Numbered from the stretch's first letter, positions 17,224-27,132 are shown. The stretch: 27,278 nt of DNA from Coleofasciculus chthonoplastes F2-STO-03 (GCA_040222015.1 JAVJWO010000196.1:1-27278); one strand, 5' to 3'. Made by a program: numbers and translations. Notes: generated from the letters alone by a model not told the origin.

Positions 17224-17294
17224 GTAGAGACGCGCCATGGCGCGTCTCTACTCTACATAAATGATGTGTCCTAACCGCTATGGCGGTTGCTATA
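17224..17294 (-). mobile_element. Composite mini-element: TATAGC-type end plus GTAG palindrome, copy 2
   Basis: GTAGAGACGCGCCATGGCGCGTCTCTAC-TCTAC-ATAAATGATGTGTCCTAACCGCTATGGCGGTTGCTATA. Confidence 0.75.
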
Positions 17295-17317
17295 TTACAA
17301 TTTTCGACGAGATCCTC

Positions 17318-18226
17318 TTACGGAATTGCCACAGAACGCAATAACTGCTCAACAATCGGCTTCGCCTGTCGCCCCCCCGCTGCCATGAGACGATGAGACA
17401 AAACATGAGGTGCTAACATTTTTACATCATCGGGAATCGCATAATTTCGCCCTTCTAAAAATGCCAAAGCTTGTGCCGCCCGTTGTAAGGCTAAAGTACC
17501 CCGTGGACTAACTCCTAATACCACATCTTCCGCCTCACGAGATGCTCGTACCAAGTTGAGAATATACTGCTGTAACTCTCGTTCAACTTGCACCTGTTGA
17601 CAAAGCCGCTGTAATTCCAAAATGTCCTCCGTTGAAATACAGGATTTAAGCTCCGAAAGCACCATCCCCCCCTGATGCAGTTGCAGCATTTGCAGTTCTT
17701 CCTCAGGCGTCGGATACCCTAGGGATAAAGATAGGGTAAATCGATCCATTTGCGCCTCTGGCAAGGGAAACGTGCCATGATACTCAATCGGATTTTGAGT
17801 AGCAATCACAAAAAAGGGTTGGGGAACTTTACGAGATTCCCCATCCACAGTCACTTGCCGTTCTTCCATCACCTCCAGTAATGCTGACTGCGTGCGCGGG
17901 GTTGCCCGGTTAATTTCATCAGTCAGTAGAATATTGGCAAAGACTGGACCGGCGAGAAATTCAAATTCACGGCTACTGGGATTCCAGATATTCGTCCCGG
18001 TGATATCCGCAGGTAAGAGGTCAGGTGTACATTGAATTCGCTGGAATCGCCCATCAATGGAACGTGCTAAGGATTTTGCCAGCAGCGTTTTACCCACCCC
18101 AGGTACATCCTCTAGCAAAGCATGACCGCCTGAGAGCAAAGCAACCAGGACTAAACGAATGGCATCGGCTTTACCCACAATCGTCCGAGCCAGATTTTCT
18201 TTGAGTTGCTCAATCCGTTCTCTCAT
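17318..18226 (-). CDS. MoxR family AAA+ ATPase
   Basis: LLEDVPGVGKT Walker A, RIQCTPDLLP, DEINRATPRTQSALLEVM, ATQNP.E..GTFPLPEAQMDRF. Confidence 0.96.
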   Translation of the reverse strand: MRERIEQLKENLARTIVGKADAIRLVLVALLSGGHALLEDVPGVGKTLLAKSLARSIDGRFQRIQCTPDLLPADITGTNIWNPSSREFEFLAGPVFANILLTDEINRATPRTQSALLEVMEERQVTVDGESRKVPQPFFVIATQNPIEYHGTFPLPEAQMDRFTLSLSLGYPTPEEELQMLQLHQGGMVLSELKSCISTEDILELQRLCQQVQVERELQQYILNLVRASREAEDVVLGVSPRGTLALQRAAQALAFLEGRNYAIPDDVKMLAPHVLSHRLMAAGGRQAKPIVEQLLRSVAIP

Positions 18227-18243
18227 GTTCCCTTCCCCATTCC

Positions 18244-19221
18244 CTATTCCTGGGTTTCAAAAAAAGTTATCGTCGCCGCACAGTCAGCCTGGATTTGCTT
18301 CCTCAGCTCATCTAGAGAGGCAAATTTTTGTTCCGGTCGCAAAAACTGCTCTAGGCTCACAGTTATCGTCTGTCCGTATAAATCACCAGACCAATTTAGC
18401 AGGTGAATCTCAACTGTCAAGCAGTTTCCGTGGACAGTAGGACGTTCTCCAATATTCATTACACCCCATTGGTCAGGAAATGAGGGACGGCTGACTCGCA
18501 CACAGTAAACCCCATTGCGGGGTAAAAACTTGTCGGGGAACCATTCCAGATTGGCGGTGGGAAATCCTAGGGTTCTGCCTAATTGCTGCCCTTTGACAAC
18601 TTGACCCATAATGCTGTAAGGACGCCCCAATAAGCGATTAGCTTTGAGGATATCTCCTTCCTCTAGGGATTGGCGAATTAAGGAACTACTGATTCGTTCG
18701 CCTTGACAGGTTTGGATAGTAACAATGGTAACCTGAACCCCATAAGTGGCTGCGATCGCATGCAAGTCCTTCGCGGTTCCAGTCCGACGATATCCGAAGC
18801 GAAAATCCTCTCCGATACTGACATGGGTGGCTCGCAATTGTTCAATTAAAATCTTGTCCACGAATTGTTCTGGACTTAATGCCGCCAATTCTCGGTCAAA
18901 GGGCAGTAGTACCAGTTGTTCAATGCCCAAGCGCTGCAACTGATCTACTTTTTCGGGCTTTGGTGTCAATAGCTTCCACGGTTGACCGGAAAAAAATTCA
19001 CGGGGATGGGGATAAAAGGTTGCCAAAGTCGGATAAATATGATTTCCTTTCTGATTAACCCTCTCTTGAGGATTTATCGGCTCAGACTGACCGGGTAAAA
19101 GGCTAGAGTGCTGCAAAATAGGATGAATGACCTGTTGATGCCCTCGGTGAATGCCGTCAAAGTTTCCTAGGGCAACAGCAGTTGGTGTTAAAGCAGTGGC
19201 AAGAGAAGAAGTAACCCACAC
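18244..19221 (-). CDS. ribF: Bifunctional riboflavin kinase/FAD synthetase
   Basis: ALGNFDGIHRGHQ, GEDFRFG, ISSSLIR, GRTLGFPTAN, GVY, NIGERPT and LRPEQKF; GTG start. Confidence 0.97.
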   Translation of the reverse strand: MWVTSSLATALTPTAVALGNFDGIHRGHQQVIHPILQHSSLLPGQSEPINPQERVNQKGNHIYPTLATFYPHPREFFSGQPWKLLTPKPEKVDQLQRLGIEQLVLLPFDRELAALSPEQFVDKILIEQLRATHVSIGEDFRFGYRRTGTAKDLHAIAATYGVQVTIVTIQTCQGERISSSLIRQSLEEGDILKANRLLGRPYSIMGQVVKGQQLGRTLGFPTANLEWFPDKFLPRNGVYCVRVSRPSFPDQWGVMNIGERPTVHGNCLTVEIHLLNWSGDLYGQTITVSLEQFLRPEQKFASLDELRKQIQADCAATITFFETQE

Positions 19222-19309
19222 GCTTTACATTTTTACACATTCTAGGAGTCGTGGCTAGATCTTGACAAACTCGTTGACTTTGAGTTACATTCATATACTA
19301 AACTTCTTA

Positions 19310-19340
19310 GATCCCCAACTTCTTCAAGACGTCAGGGATC
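19310..19340. repeat. Degenerate copy of the 188-220 palindrome
   Basis: GATCCCCAACTTCTTCAAGACGTCAGGGATC. Confidence 0.7.
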
Positions 19341-19371
19341 GGGTAGGAGGGATAAAGTCGGAGATATAATA

Positions 19372-20277
19372 TCATCGAATAGAAGCTTTTGCCTCTTGTT
19401 GCAGAGGTACTGGATCGGAGACAGCCGAATCCACCAAAGAAATGGACAAGCCTTCGCGAGCCATAACGGTATTGCGAAAGTGTTGAATGGCTTCTTCACC
19501 AATTCGATCCAAGAAATCATCGTTGTGTAACGGATCGTGGTGAAAGATAACCAGAGTTTTCACGTTAGCGGCTTTGGCTAACTTAATGCCTTCTTGCCAA
19601 GTCGAATGACCCCACCCCACTTTGCTGGTTGCCGGAGAATAATATTCGGTATCCGTGTAGGTGGCGTCGTAGATCAGCACATCCACATCCTGAATCAGTT
19701 TTAAGATATTTTCATCTAAACCACTAGGTCTATGTTCGGTATCGGTAATGTAGGCGGCTGCATGTTCCCGCCAATTCACCCGATATCCCACCGCTTCACC
19801 GGGATGATTGAGCAGGGTATTTTCGACGGTAATCTCGCCCAGCTTAACGCTTTCACCAACCTCTAGGTCATAGAACTGCAAATCCGCTTGCATGATTTGC
19901 AACGGGACGGGAAAATTGGGATGGAGCATTTGGTCCGTGAGGCGTTGCTTAATCGTGGAACCATTGGGCGCGATCGCTCCATAGATACGGAAACGATTGC
20001 TTTTGATAAACGCGGGAACAAAAAACGGAAACCCTTGAATATGATCCCAGTGGGAGTGGGTGAAAAACATATGAGCCTCCACTGGCATTTGTGACAGCAT
20101 GGACTGTCCCAACACCCGCAAGCCCGTACCCCCATCAAAAATTAATCGTTCTCTACCCACTCGCATTTCCACACAAGGGGTATTTCCGCCATAGCGAACC
20201 GTTTCTGGACCCGGACAGGCAATACTTCCTCTAACGCCCCAAAAGTGAATTGTAAATCCGTTGTGTTGACTAGACAT
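19372..20277 (-). CDS. MBL-fold metallo-hydrolase
   Basis: FWGVRGS, YGGNT.C, DGGTG, THSHWDHIQG (HxHxDH), WGHS and FHHDP. Confidence 0.93.
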   Translation of the reverse strand: MSSQHNGFTIHFWGVRGSIACPGPETVRYGGNTPCVEMRVGRERLIFDGGTGLRVLGQSMLSQMPVEAHMFFTHSHWDHIQGFPFFVPAFIKSNRFRIYGAIAPNGSTIKQRLTDQMLHPNFPVPLQIMQADLQFYDLEVGESVKLGEITVENTLLNHPGEAVGYRVNWREHAAAYITDTEHRPSGLDENILKLIQDVDVLIYDATYTDTEYYSPATSKVGWGHSTWQEGIKLAKAANVKTLVIFHHDPLHNDDFLDRIGEEAIQHFRNTVMAREGLSISLVDSAVSDPVPLQQEAKASIR

Positions 20278-20972
20278 AATTTTTCCTTGCAGGCTTTTTC
20301 AGACAGTCCATTTGGTTGTAGTATTTTCAGGTTGATGAGGAGTCTTTTTCATCCAATTCCCACAGTCTTAACATCTCCACCGACCTGGAGTAATTATCAA
20401 CATATTCTTGCTAGCGGTAGGCAACCAAATAAAACTCCCAGAGGAATTTAAGTAGAATAGTCATGGTAGTTTAGGAGTTTTTTTTGTTTAAGCTGATTTG
20501 AACCAGTTGTTTTGATTGTGGATGGATGAGCTTAGGGACGTCAAGTAACATTTAACGCCTGCGGAATTTATCACCAGGGAATAACTTCCGCGATCGCGAG
20601 CGATAAATCCGTTCCCAACCCTTTCAAGTGGCTCACACCACTCATCATTCGAGACTATTCAGCAGTAGTGGTCTGAGGGAGGTAGTGGCATAAAGCGATC
20701 TAGTTCCTTTTTGGGTTAAGGGGTCTAGCTACTATATCTGATGCTAGTTCCTCACGGATTAGCATCAGGTCTGAGATGCTTTACCTCTAGTTTATACCTA
20801 CTGTTTTCCACAGCCTAACAAGTTTAGCTAAAACCCGCCTGGCATTTGAGGCAACACCAATATGTGATTTTGATCACTTTTTAGCTCAAGTTGAGCTTGA
20901 ATAACTTAATGACTTTGTGCAGACGTTCCGGCGAAGAAAGCTAAAATTCAAGAAATGTTGCGAGAAAAGAGA

Positions 20973-21251
20973 ATGGAACCCAAGGTCGAAATTTATACCT
21001 GGAGCCGCTGCCCCTTCTGTATACGGGCGAAAGGGCTGCTCAATGAAAAGGGCATTAACTTTACCGAATATTGTATCGATGGTGATGAACAGGCGCGAGA
21101 CCAAATGGCACAACGGGCAAATGGACGCCGTTCTGTGCCACAAATTTTTATCAATGACCACCATATTGGGGGTTGCGACGACCTTTATGGGTTAGAACTA
21201 CAAGGTGAACTAGATACCTTACTGCAAGACGGAGCAGGGGCAAGTCATTGA
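20973..21251 (+). CDS. grxC: Glutaredoxin 3
   Basis: CPFC active site, SVPQIFI and IGGCDDL; ATG 20973 preferred over 20955 on domain length. Confidence 0.95.
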   Translation: MEPKVEIYTWSRCPFCIRAKGLLNEKGINFTEYCIDGDEQARDQMAQRANGRRSVPQIFINDHHIGGCDDLYGLELQGELDTLLQDGAGASH

Positions 21252-21263
21252 TAGGGGAGTTCC

Positions 21264-21311
21264 GGGAGCTGGGGGAGCTGGGGGAGCTGGGGGAGCTGGG
21301 GAAGCTGGGGG
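21264..21311 (+). repeat. 9-bp tandem repeat (GGGGGAGCT) x about 5
   Basis: Read directly between grxC and gshB. Confidence 0.9.
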
Positions 21312-21370
21312 CGGGTTTTGAACCAACGTTATCGTCAATAGTGAAACGAAAGTCCCTAAACCCGCCCCTA
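21308..21370. repeat. Fixed-arm/variable-core palindromic cassette, copy 3
   Basis: GGGGCGGGTTT-N39-AAACCCGCCCCTA. Confidence 0.8.
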
Positions 21371-21432
21371 AAAACCCCAAAATGGTACTATTAGCCGCAA
21401 CTTGTTATGAATAACCGAGGTAGGATTCCAGC

Positions 21433-22401
21433 GTGAAATTTGCGTTTATCATTGACCCGCTCTCAAAGCTCAATCCCAGTCATGATACGAGCGTGGCACT
21501 CATGGAAGCTGCTCAAGCCTTAGGTCATGACGTTTGGGTGACTCAAGCTCAAAAGCTAACGGTTGTCAATAATCAAGCGTGGGCAAATTTAGAGAAAGTG
21601 CAGTTAACCCCAGCCGAACTCGTTGAGGGGCGTTGGGTCGTCAGTGAACGCTGGTACACTATCTCGGATACTGCCTCCCTTCCGTTAGAGGACATGGATG
21701 CCGTTTTTATGCGGACTGACCCCCCCGTGACCATTCCCTACCTCTATGCGACGTACATTCTTGATTACATTAACCCCAAAAAGACTCAGGTTATCAATAC
21801 ACCGACAGGTTTGCGACGGGCAAACGAAAAAATGTATGCCCTACAGTTCAAGGAAGTGATTCCTGAAACCATTGTTAGCCAGGATAAGTTGACCATCCAG
21901 AAATTCGTAGAGAAACAAGGAGCAGCCGTGCTTAAACCCTTGGGAGGGAAAGCTGGGGAAGGAATTCTGTTTTTAGAAGCAGGCGATCGCAACTTTAATT
22001 CCCTAGTCGAAATTAGCACTAAATGGGGATATGAACCCGTCATGGTGCAAACTTATCTTCCGGCGGCTAAAGAGGGAGATAAGCGGATCATCGTCCTCAA
22101 TGGTGACCCGATTGGGGCAGTCAATCGCATTCCTACAGGCAGCGAATTTCGCGGCAACATGGCAGTTGGGGGTCGAGTGGCGGCGACAGAAATTACACCG
22201 CAAGAGCAAAAAATTTGTGCGTTGCTCAAACCCCAGTTGCAACAAGATGGCTTATATTTTGTGGGAATCGATGTCATTGGTGGCTATCTCACCGAGGTAA
22301 ATGTTACCAGTCCAACGGGTATCCGTGAGATTGACCAACTTAATGGTACGTGCTTAGGCAAAGACGTGATTGCCTGGGTTGAAAACCCAAGTAACTCATA
22401 A
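21433..22401 (+). CDS. gshB: Glutathione synthetase
   Basis: FIIDPL..HDTS, MRTDPP, ANEK, KPLGGKAG, GDKRI, RGNMAVGG and EVNVTSPTG. Confidence 0.98.
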   Translation: MKFAFIIDPLSKLNPSHDTSVALMEAAQALGHDVWVTQAQKLTVVNNQAWANLEKVQLTPAELVEGRWVVSERWYTISDTASLPLEDMDAVFMRTDPPVTIPYLYATYILDYINPKKTQVINTPTGLRRANEKMYALQFKEVIPETIVSQDKLTIQKFVEKQGAAVLKPLGGKAGEGILFLEAGDRNFNSLVEISTKWGYEPVMVQTYLPAAKEGDKRIIVLNGDPIGAVNRIPTGSEFRGNMAVGGRVAATEITPQEQKICALLKPQLQQDGLYFVGIDVIGGYLTEVNVTSPTGIREIDQLNGTCLGKDVIAWVENPSNS

Positions 22402-22481
22402 TTCATGAGTTATCAGCGATCAGTTGCATTCCCTCTTTCTTGTCTGAGGACATAAGACGAATGACGAATGACGAACAACAA

Positions 22482-23588
22482 ATGACAAATCAAATTGGAG
22501 TTGCTGTAATCGGTACCGGATTTGGACAGAAAATTCATATCCCAGGTTTTCAGATTCACCCCCGCACACAGGTGGTAGCGGTTTATAATCCTCACCTAGA
22601 TAAAGCCAAGTTGGTAGCTGAATCTCATAATATTCCCCAAGCGAGCGATCGCCTGGAGGATATACTAGCGATGCCAGATGTCCAAGCGGTGAGTATTTCT
22701 ACCCCACCCTTTCTCCACTACGACATGGCGCAGCAGGTGTTGCAAGCCGGAAAACATCTGTTATTGGAAAAACCAATGACCCTCTCAGCCACCGAGACGC
22801 GAGATCTCTATCACCTCGCCAAGAAGCAAGGGGTAGTGGCGATGCCAGATTTTGAATTTCGCTTTGTTCCCCCATGGCAACTCTTGGCAGAACACTTAGA
22901 ATCCGGCTATGTTGGTCAGAAGCGTCTGATTAAAATTGACTGGTTAGTCTCCAGTCGGGCTAACGCGCAACGGGCTTGGAACTGGTACGCCCAAAAAGAG
23001 AAGGGCGGCGGTGCATTAGGCGCTGTGGGATCTCATACTTTTGATTACATTAATTGGTTGTTTGGTTCGGTGCGTCGGTTGTGCGCCCAACTGAATACAG
23101 CCATTCCCGAACGCCCTGATCCCAGTGAAGGGAGGAAACTAAAACCCGTAGACGCCGATGATACCTGTCTGCTGATGCTGGAATTAGCCGATGGTACACC
23201 TTGCCAACTTTGCATCAGTTCCGTGACTTATAATGGGCGGGGGCATTTTGTCGAAGTCTATGGCGATGGCGGAACGTTGGTTTTGGGCAGTTCCAACCAA
23301 AACGATTATGTCCATGGATTTCAGCTTTGGGCAGCCCCGGCTGGAGAATCGCTGTCAGAAGTAGACATTCCCAAACGACTAGCATTTCCCCAAGTTTACC
23401 CAGATGGACGTTTAGCACCCTTTATTCGGGTTGTGGATCAGTGGGTACAAAGTATTGATGGGGATAAACATCAGATTCCTTCGCTGGCAGAAGGAGTCTA
23501 TTCCCAATTATTAATGGATTTAACCCATCAATCGCATCAAGAGAACAATTGGGCAGATGTACCTAGTCTATCCAGTTTTTTAGCTTAG
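22482..23588 (+). CDS. Gfo/Idh/MocA family oxidoreductase
   Basis: VIGTGFG Rossmann motif, STPP.LH, GKHLLLEKP and GGGALGAVGSH; start set at the ATG following the heptamer repeats. Confidence 0.93.
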   Translation: MTNQIGVAVIGTGFGQKIHIPGFQIHPRTQVVAVYNPHLDKAKLVAESHNIPQASDRLEDILAMPDVQAVSISTPPFLHYDMAQQVLQAGKHLLLEKPMTLSATETRDLYHLAKKQGVVAMPDFEFRFVPPWQLLAEHLESGYVGQKRLIKIDWLVSSRANAQRAWNWYAQKEKGGGALGAVGSHTFDYINWLFGSVRRLCAQLNTAIPERPDPSEGRKLKPVDADDTCLLMLELADGTPCQLCISSVTYNGRGHFVEVYGDGGTLVLGSSNQNDYVHGFQLWAAPAGESLSEVDIPKRLAFPQVYPDGRLAPFIRVVDQWVQSIDGDKHQIPSLAEGVYSQLLMDLTHQSHQENNWADVPSLSSFLA

Positions 23589-24188
23589 GGGTTGCTGAAT
23601 CAGTATTGTGGTGAGGGGAGAGAACAGGGAACAGTGTTCTGATAACTTTAACCCCTAAATGAGGAGGATAAATTGACTGCTTCCCGACTTTTCCCATCTT
23701 CCTCACCTTCATTCAGCTAACTCTTGTGAAAAATAAGAGTTATGATGGGCAGTATTCGGTAGTGCTTGTTACATTTTTTAGAGTTTATGGTCACAAAAGA
23801 AAATGATTAATGCTTTTACTTGAGCATCAAATTTACCCAATTAATTTAATAGATTGAGAGAATAATTGAGGCGTTTTAATTTAATTTTTCAAAATAATAA
23901 TTACTTGTAAAAAAATATTTAAAGTATGAGTAAAAATAACGGTAAAATTATGTAAATCTTCCATAAAGACAAGGGATTAAAAGCCCTTATAGCCACATCC
24001 CCACTAGGGGGATGTTTATGAAAATTTTATAGAATAAGGGGTTTATGGCTATCCTCCCTAGAATAAGTCTATGGCAGGAGACTTGAAGACTTCGGAACCT
24101 AAGCCCCACTTAATGAGTCTAGAAATGTTAAGGTAAGGATGAAATGTCTTGATTTCCGTGCCTGTTGAGGTTGAAAAAAAATTCACCT

Positions 24189-24524
24189 ATGTCACAGCCT
24201 ATTATGAATGCGTGTTCCCAAATTCAATGCCCTTTTTGCGATGCCAACTCTTCTGATAGCGGATGTATGCGATATAGTCATCCTACTCAATGTCACTTAA
24301 CCTCGATGTTTGAATTTGACTCGGATGATAAGTGGTTATTTAAATCAGCCGAAAGTGAATTCCAGGAGATTCAAACTCTCAATAATCGTTTTATTAACAA
24401 AGATAAAGCAAGTCGAAAACAACTCCAGCAACTTAAGAAGAAATCACCGAGAAGCCTGGAGTTACCAATTCCTCAAGCAATACCTCATCCCAGAACAGAA
24501 ACACAGTTACAACTGGAAGGGTAA
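24189..24524 (+). CDS. Hypothetical protein with Cys-rich N-terminus
   Basis: 111-aa ORF from ATG 24189 in AT-rich DNA; C-x4-CPFC-x8-C-x8-CH; no family recognised. Confidence 0.55.
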   Translation: MSQPIMNACSQIQCPFCDANSSDSGCMRYSHPTQCHLTSMFEFDSDDKWLFKSAESEFQEIQTLNNRFINKDKASRKQLQQLKKKSPRSLELPIPQAIPHPRTETQLQLEG

Positions 24525-24656
24525 ATAATTATTCATACTTTATGGAATCCAATGCTAGTTTCTCATCACATAAAAAAACACCTGTTCCCTGTTCCTTGTT
24601 CCCTTTGTCTACTATGGTGACTTCCACATCGCCAATGAAAACGCTATATACGGTTG

Positions 24657-24692
24657 AAGCAGGAACACCGTTTTTTTGTGTTCCTGCTTTTC
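24657..24692. terminator. Stem-loop between convergent ORF 24189 and petF
   Basis: AAGCAGGAACAC-CGTTTTTTT-GTGTTCCTGCTT, a perfect 12-bp stem. Confidence 0.65.
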
Positions 24693-24767
24693 CGACTAAG
24701 ATAGTTAGACGGCTTGCTTATTGATGGATTAGGCGATTGAGTTAATGCCTGAGCAATATTGACAGAA

Positions 24768-25079
<312 letters not shown>

Positions 25080-25422
25080 CTATTAGTCTGAAACAGCAGA
25101 ATAGTTTGTGCTGTAGTATACTGCCCCAACTAGCCTAAGCTGATGGGACTAACTTTTTCTGCTTCACTTCTGATACTACGAAAAAAAGTTAAAAAGTTTA
25201 AACAGGATTAGGAATGAAAGTGTTAATTGAATATTAAATCAGTTATTCTTATATGTATATCAAGCCGTTAGTGTCCAGATATGTGCGGCACGACTATCCC
25301 AGTCAATGACGGTATTGACAAGGGTTTGCCTGGTTTTTGATTAGAGCTATTGACGGATTAAACCTCTGATTAATCAGCATTAGTTATATTTATAATTAAG
25401 TTCGATGATTTGTACTTAGACA

Positions 25423-25452
25423 TAAACCACCCCGCCGGATGCGAGGGCGGGG
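25423..25452 (-). terminator. Intrinsic terminator of glpK
   Basis: Minus strand CCCCGCC-CTCGCATCC-GGCGGGG followed by TGGTTTT, about 45 nt after the glpK stop. Confidence 0.6.
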
Positions 25453-25495
25453 AAGTCTAAGTAAGGTGAATCAGAGATTCCACTGTGGGAAGATG

Positions 25496-27010
25496 TCACT
25501 CCACCCAATTCTTGGCGCGTTCAACGGCTTTCTGCCAACTGATAAAATTATCCTGGGCAGCTTTTGTGCCATCTCCTGGTTCAAATGTCCGTTCGATGGA
25601 GGTTTGGGTAACGAGCTTATGGTAATCATCCCAGAACCCAACGGCTAACCCTGCACCAAATGCCGCACCTTGCGCTGTTGCATCGAGAACGGCGGGGCGT
25701 TCCACGGGTATGTTGAGGACATCGGCTTGAAACTGCATTAAAAAGTCATTCTGAGACGCACCACCGTCTACTTTCAGCAGTTTGATCGGGGTGTCGCCGT
25801 CTTTGTTCATGGCATCAACGACTTCTCTGACTTGATAGGCGATCGATTCCAATACCGCCCGTACCATATGTTCCCGCTTGACACCGCCTGTAATACCCAG
25901 GAATGCACCTCTGGCACTCATATCCCAGTGGGGGGCACCCAAACCACTGAGGGCGGGAACAAAATAGATCCCGTTGGTATCTTCGACTTGACGGGCTAGG
26001 GGTTCAGTTTCGGCGGCAGAATTAATCAGTTGTAAACCATCTCGCAGCCACTGAATACAAGCCCCGGTGGTGAACATCGCCCCTTCTAGGGCATAAGCCA
26101 CATCAGTGCCACTGCCATTTGCCGCATTTGTCCAGGCGACGGTGGAAAGGAGTCGATTGCCCGATCGCGTCAGTTCTTTGCCCGTCTGGGAAATCAAAAA
26201 GCAGCCTGTACCGTAGGTACATTTGAGCATACCCGGGCGATCGCAACCGTGGGCAAACAGCGCCGCTTGTTGGTCACCGAAAATCGCCATAATCGGAATT
26301 TCTTCCCCTAACAAACTGGGTTCCGTTTTGCCAAACAGTCCCATACTGGGTTGAATTTTGGGCAAAATCTGAGCCGGAATGCCAAATAAATCCAGAAGGC
26401 TGTGATCCCAATCTTGATTGGCGAGATTCATCAGCATAGTGCGGCTGGCATTACTGTGATCTGTGGCGTGGACTTTGCCCCCGGTAAGATTCCAGAGAAT
26501 CCAGGTATCGATGGTGCCAGCTAAGACGTTATCGAAATTCGTATCCGGCTTTTCTTGGCGCACCCAATTAAGCAGCCATTCTAATTTCGTGGCTGAGAAA
26601 TAAGCATCCAGGACTAATCCGGTACGTTGTTGAATATCCGTATCATGTCCCTGTTGGCTTAACTCCCGACATCGAGTCGCCGTGCGTCGATCCTGCCAAA
26701 CGATTGCATTATGCAACGGTTCTCCTGTGGTCTTATCCCAGAGTAAACAAGTTTCGCGCTGTACGGTTAAACCAATCGCCGCAATTTCCGACGCCGAAAC
26801 CCCCTTATCCTTTAAGACTTGCTGCATACAGTCACGAGTATCCCGCCAAATTTCCTGGGGATCATGTTCCAACCAACCGGGTTGGGGGTAGTGTTGGGTG
26901 AATTCCTGATAAACTTGTCCCGCGATCGCACCTTGCTTGTCAAATAGAATGGCTCGGTTCCCCGTGGTACCGAGGTCAAGGGCTAGGACGTATTTAGCGT
27001 TAGTCGTCAT
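25496..27010 (-). CDS. glpK: Glycerol kinase
   Basis: DLGTTGNR, QRET..WD, VWQDRR, YFSATK, TDHSNASRT, GDQQAALF, KCTYGTG and GLGAPHW. Confidence 0.98.
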   Translation of the reverse strand: MTTNAKYVLALDLGTTGNRAILFDKQGAIAGQVYQEFTQHYPQPGWLEHDPQEIWRDTRDCMQQVLKDKGVSASEIAAIGLTVQRETCLLWDKTTGEPLHNAIVWQDRRTATRCRELSQQGHDTDIQQRTGLVLDAYFSATKLEWLLNWVRQEKPDTNFDNVLAGTIDTWILWNLTGGKVHATDHSNASRTMLMNLANQDWDHSLLDLFGIPAQILPKIQPSMGLFGKTEPSLLGEEIPIMAIFGDQQAALFAHGCDRPGMLKCTYGTGCFLISQTGKELTRSGNRLLSTVAWTNAANGSGTDVAYALEGAMFTTGACIQWLRDGLQLINSAAETEPLARQVEDTNGIYFVPALSGLGAPHWDMSARGAFLGITGGVKREHMVRAVLESIAYQVREVVDAMNKDGDTPIKLLKVDGGASQNDFLMQFQADVLNIPVERPAVLDATAQGAAFGAGLAVGFWDDYHKLVTQTSIERTFEPGDGTKAAQDNFISWQKAVERAKNWVE

Positions 27011-27132
27011 CGCAATCTTATAAATTTACAGCTAAACCCCAAATAGGGTTGAGTACAGATTTACCAGGTTATGCGATCGCTCGGCTACTCTCTGTAGTCT
27101 TTCTTTGCGTTGACCGGAGATTGTCATTTGTT

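Noticed and set aside
17318..18226. MoxR ATPase lacking a VWA partner as a novel system
   Set aside because: MBL hydrolase-ribF-MoxR is, to my knowledge, an ordinary cyanobacterial arrangement, and partners can be encoded elsewhere.
20460..20880. tRNA or known ncRNA in the MBL-grxC intergenic region
   Set aside because: No cloverleaf or T-loop motif found; only an isolated hairpin (CTGATGCTA...TAGCATCAG, about 20738-20768) and a HIP1 site.
13168..21370. Variable-core cassettes as a CRISPR array
   Set aside because: Units are kilobases apart, arms are inverted rather than direct repeats, and there are no cas genes in the window.
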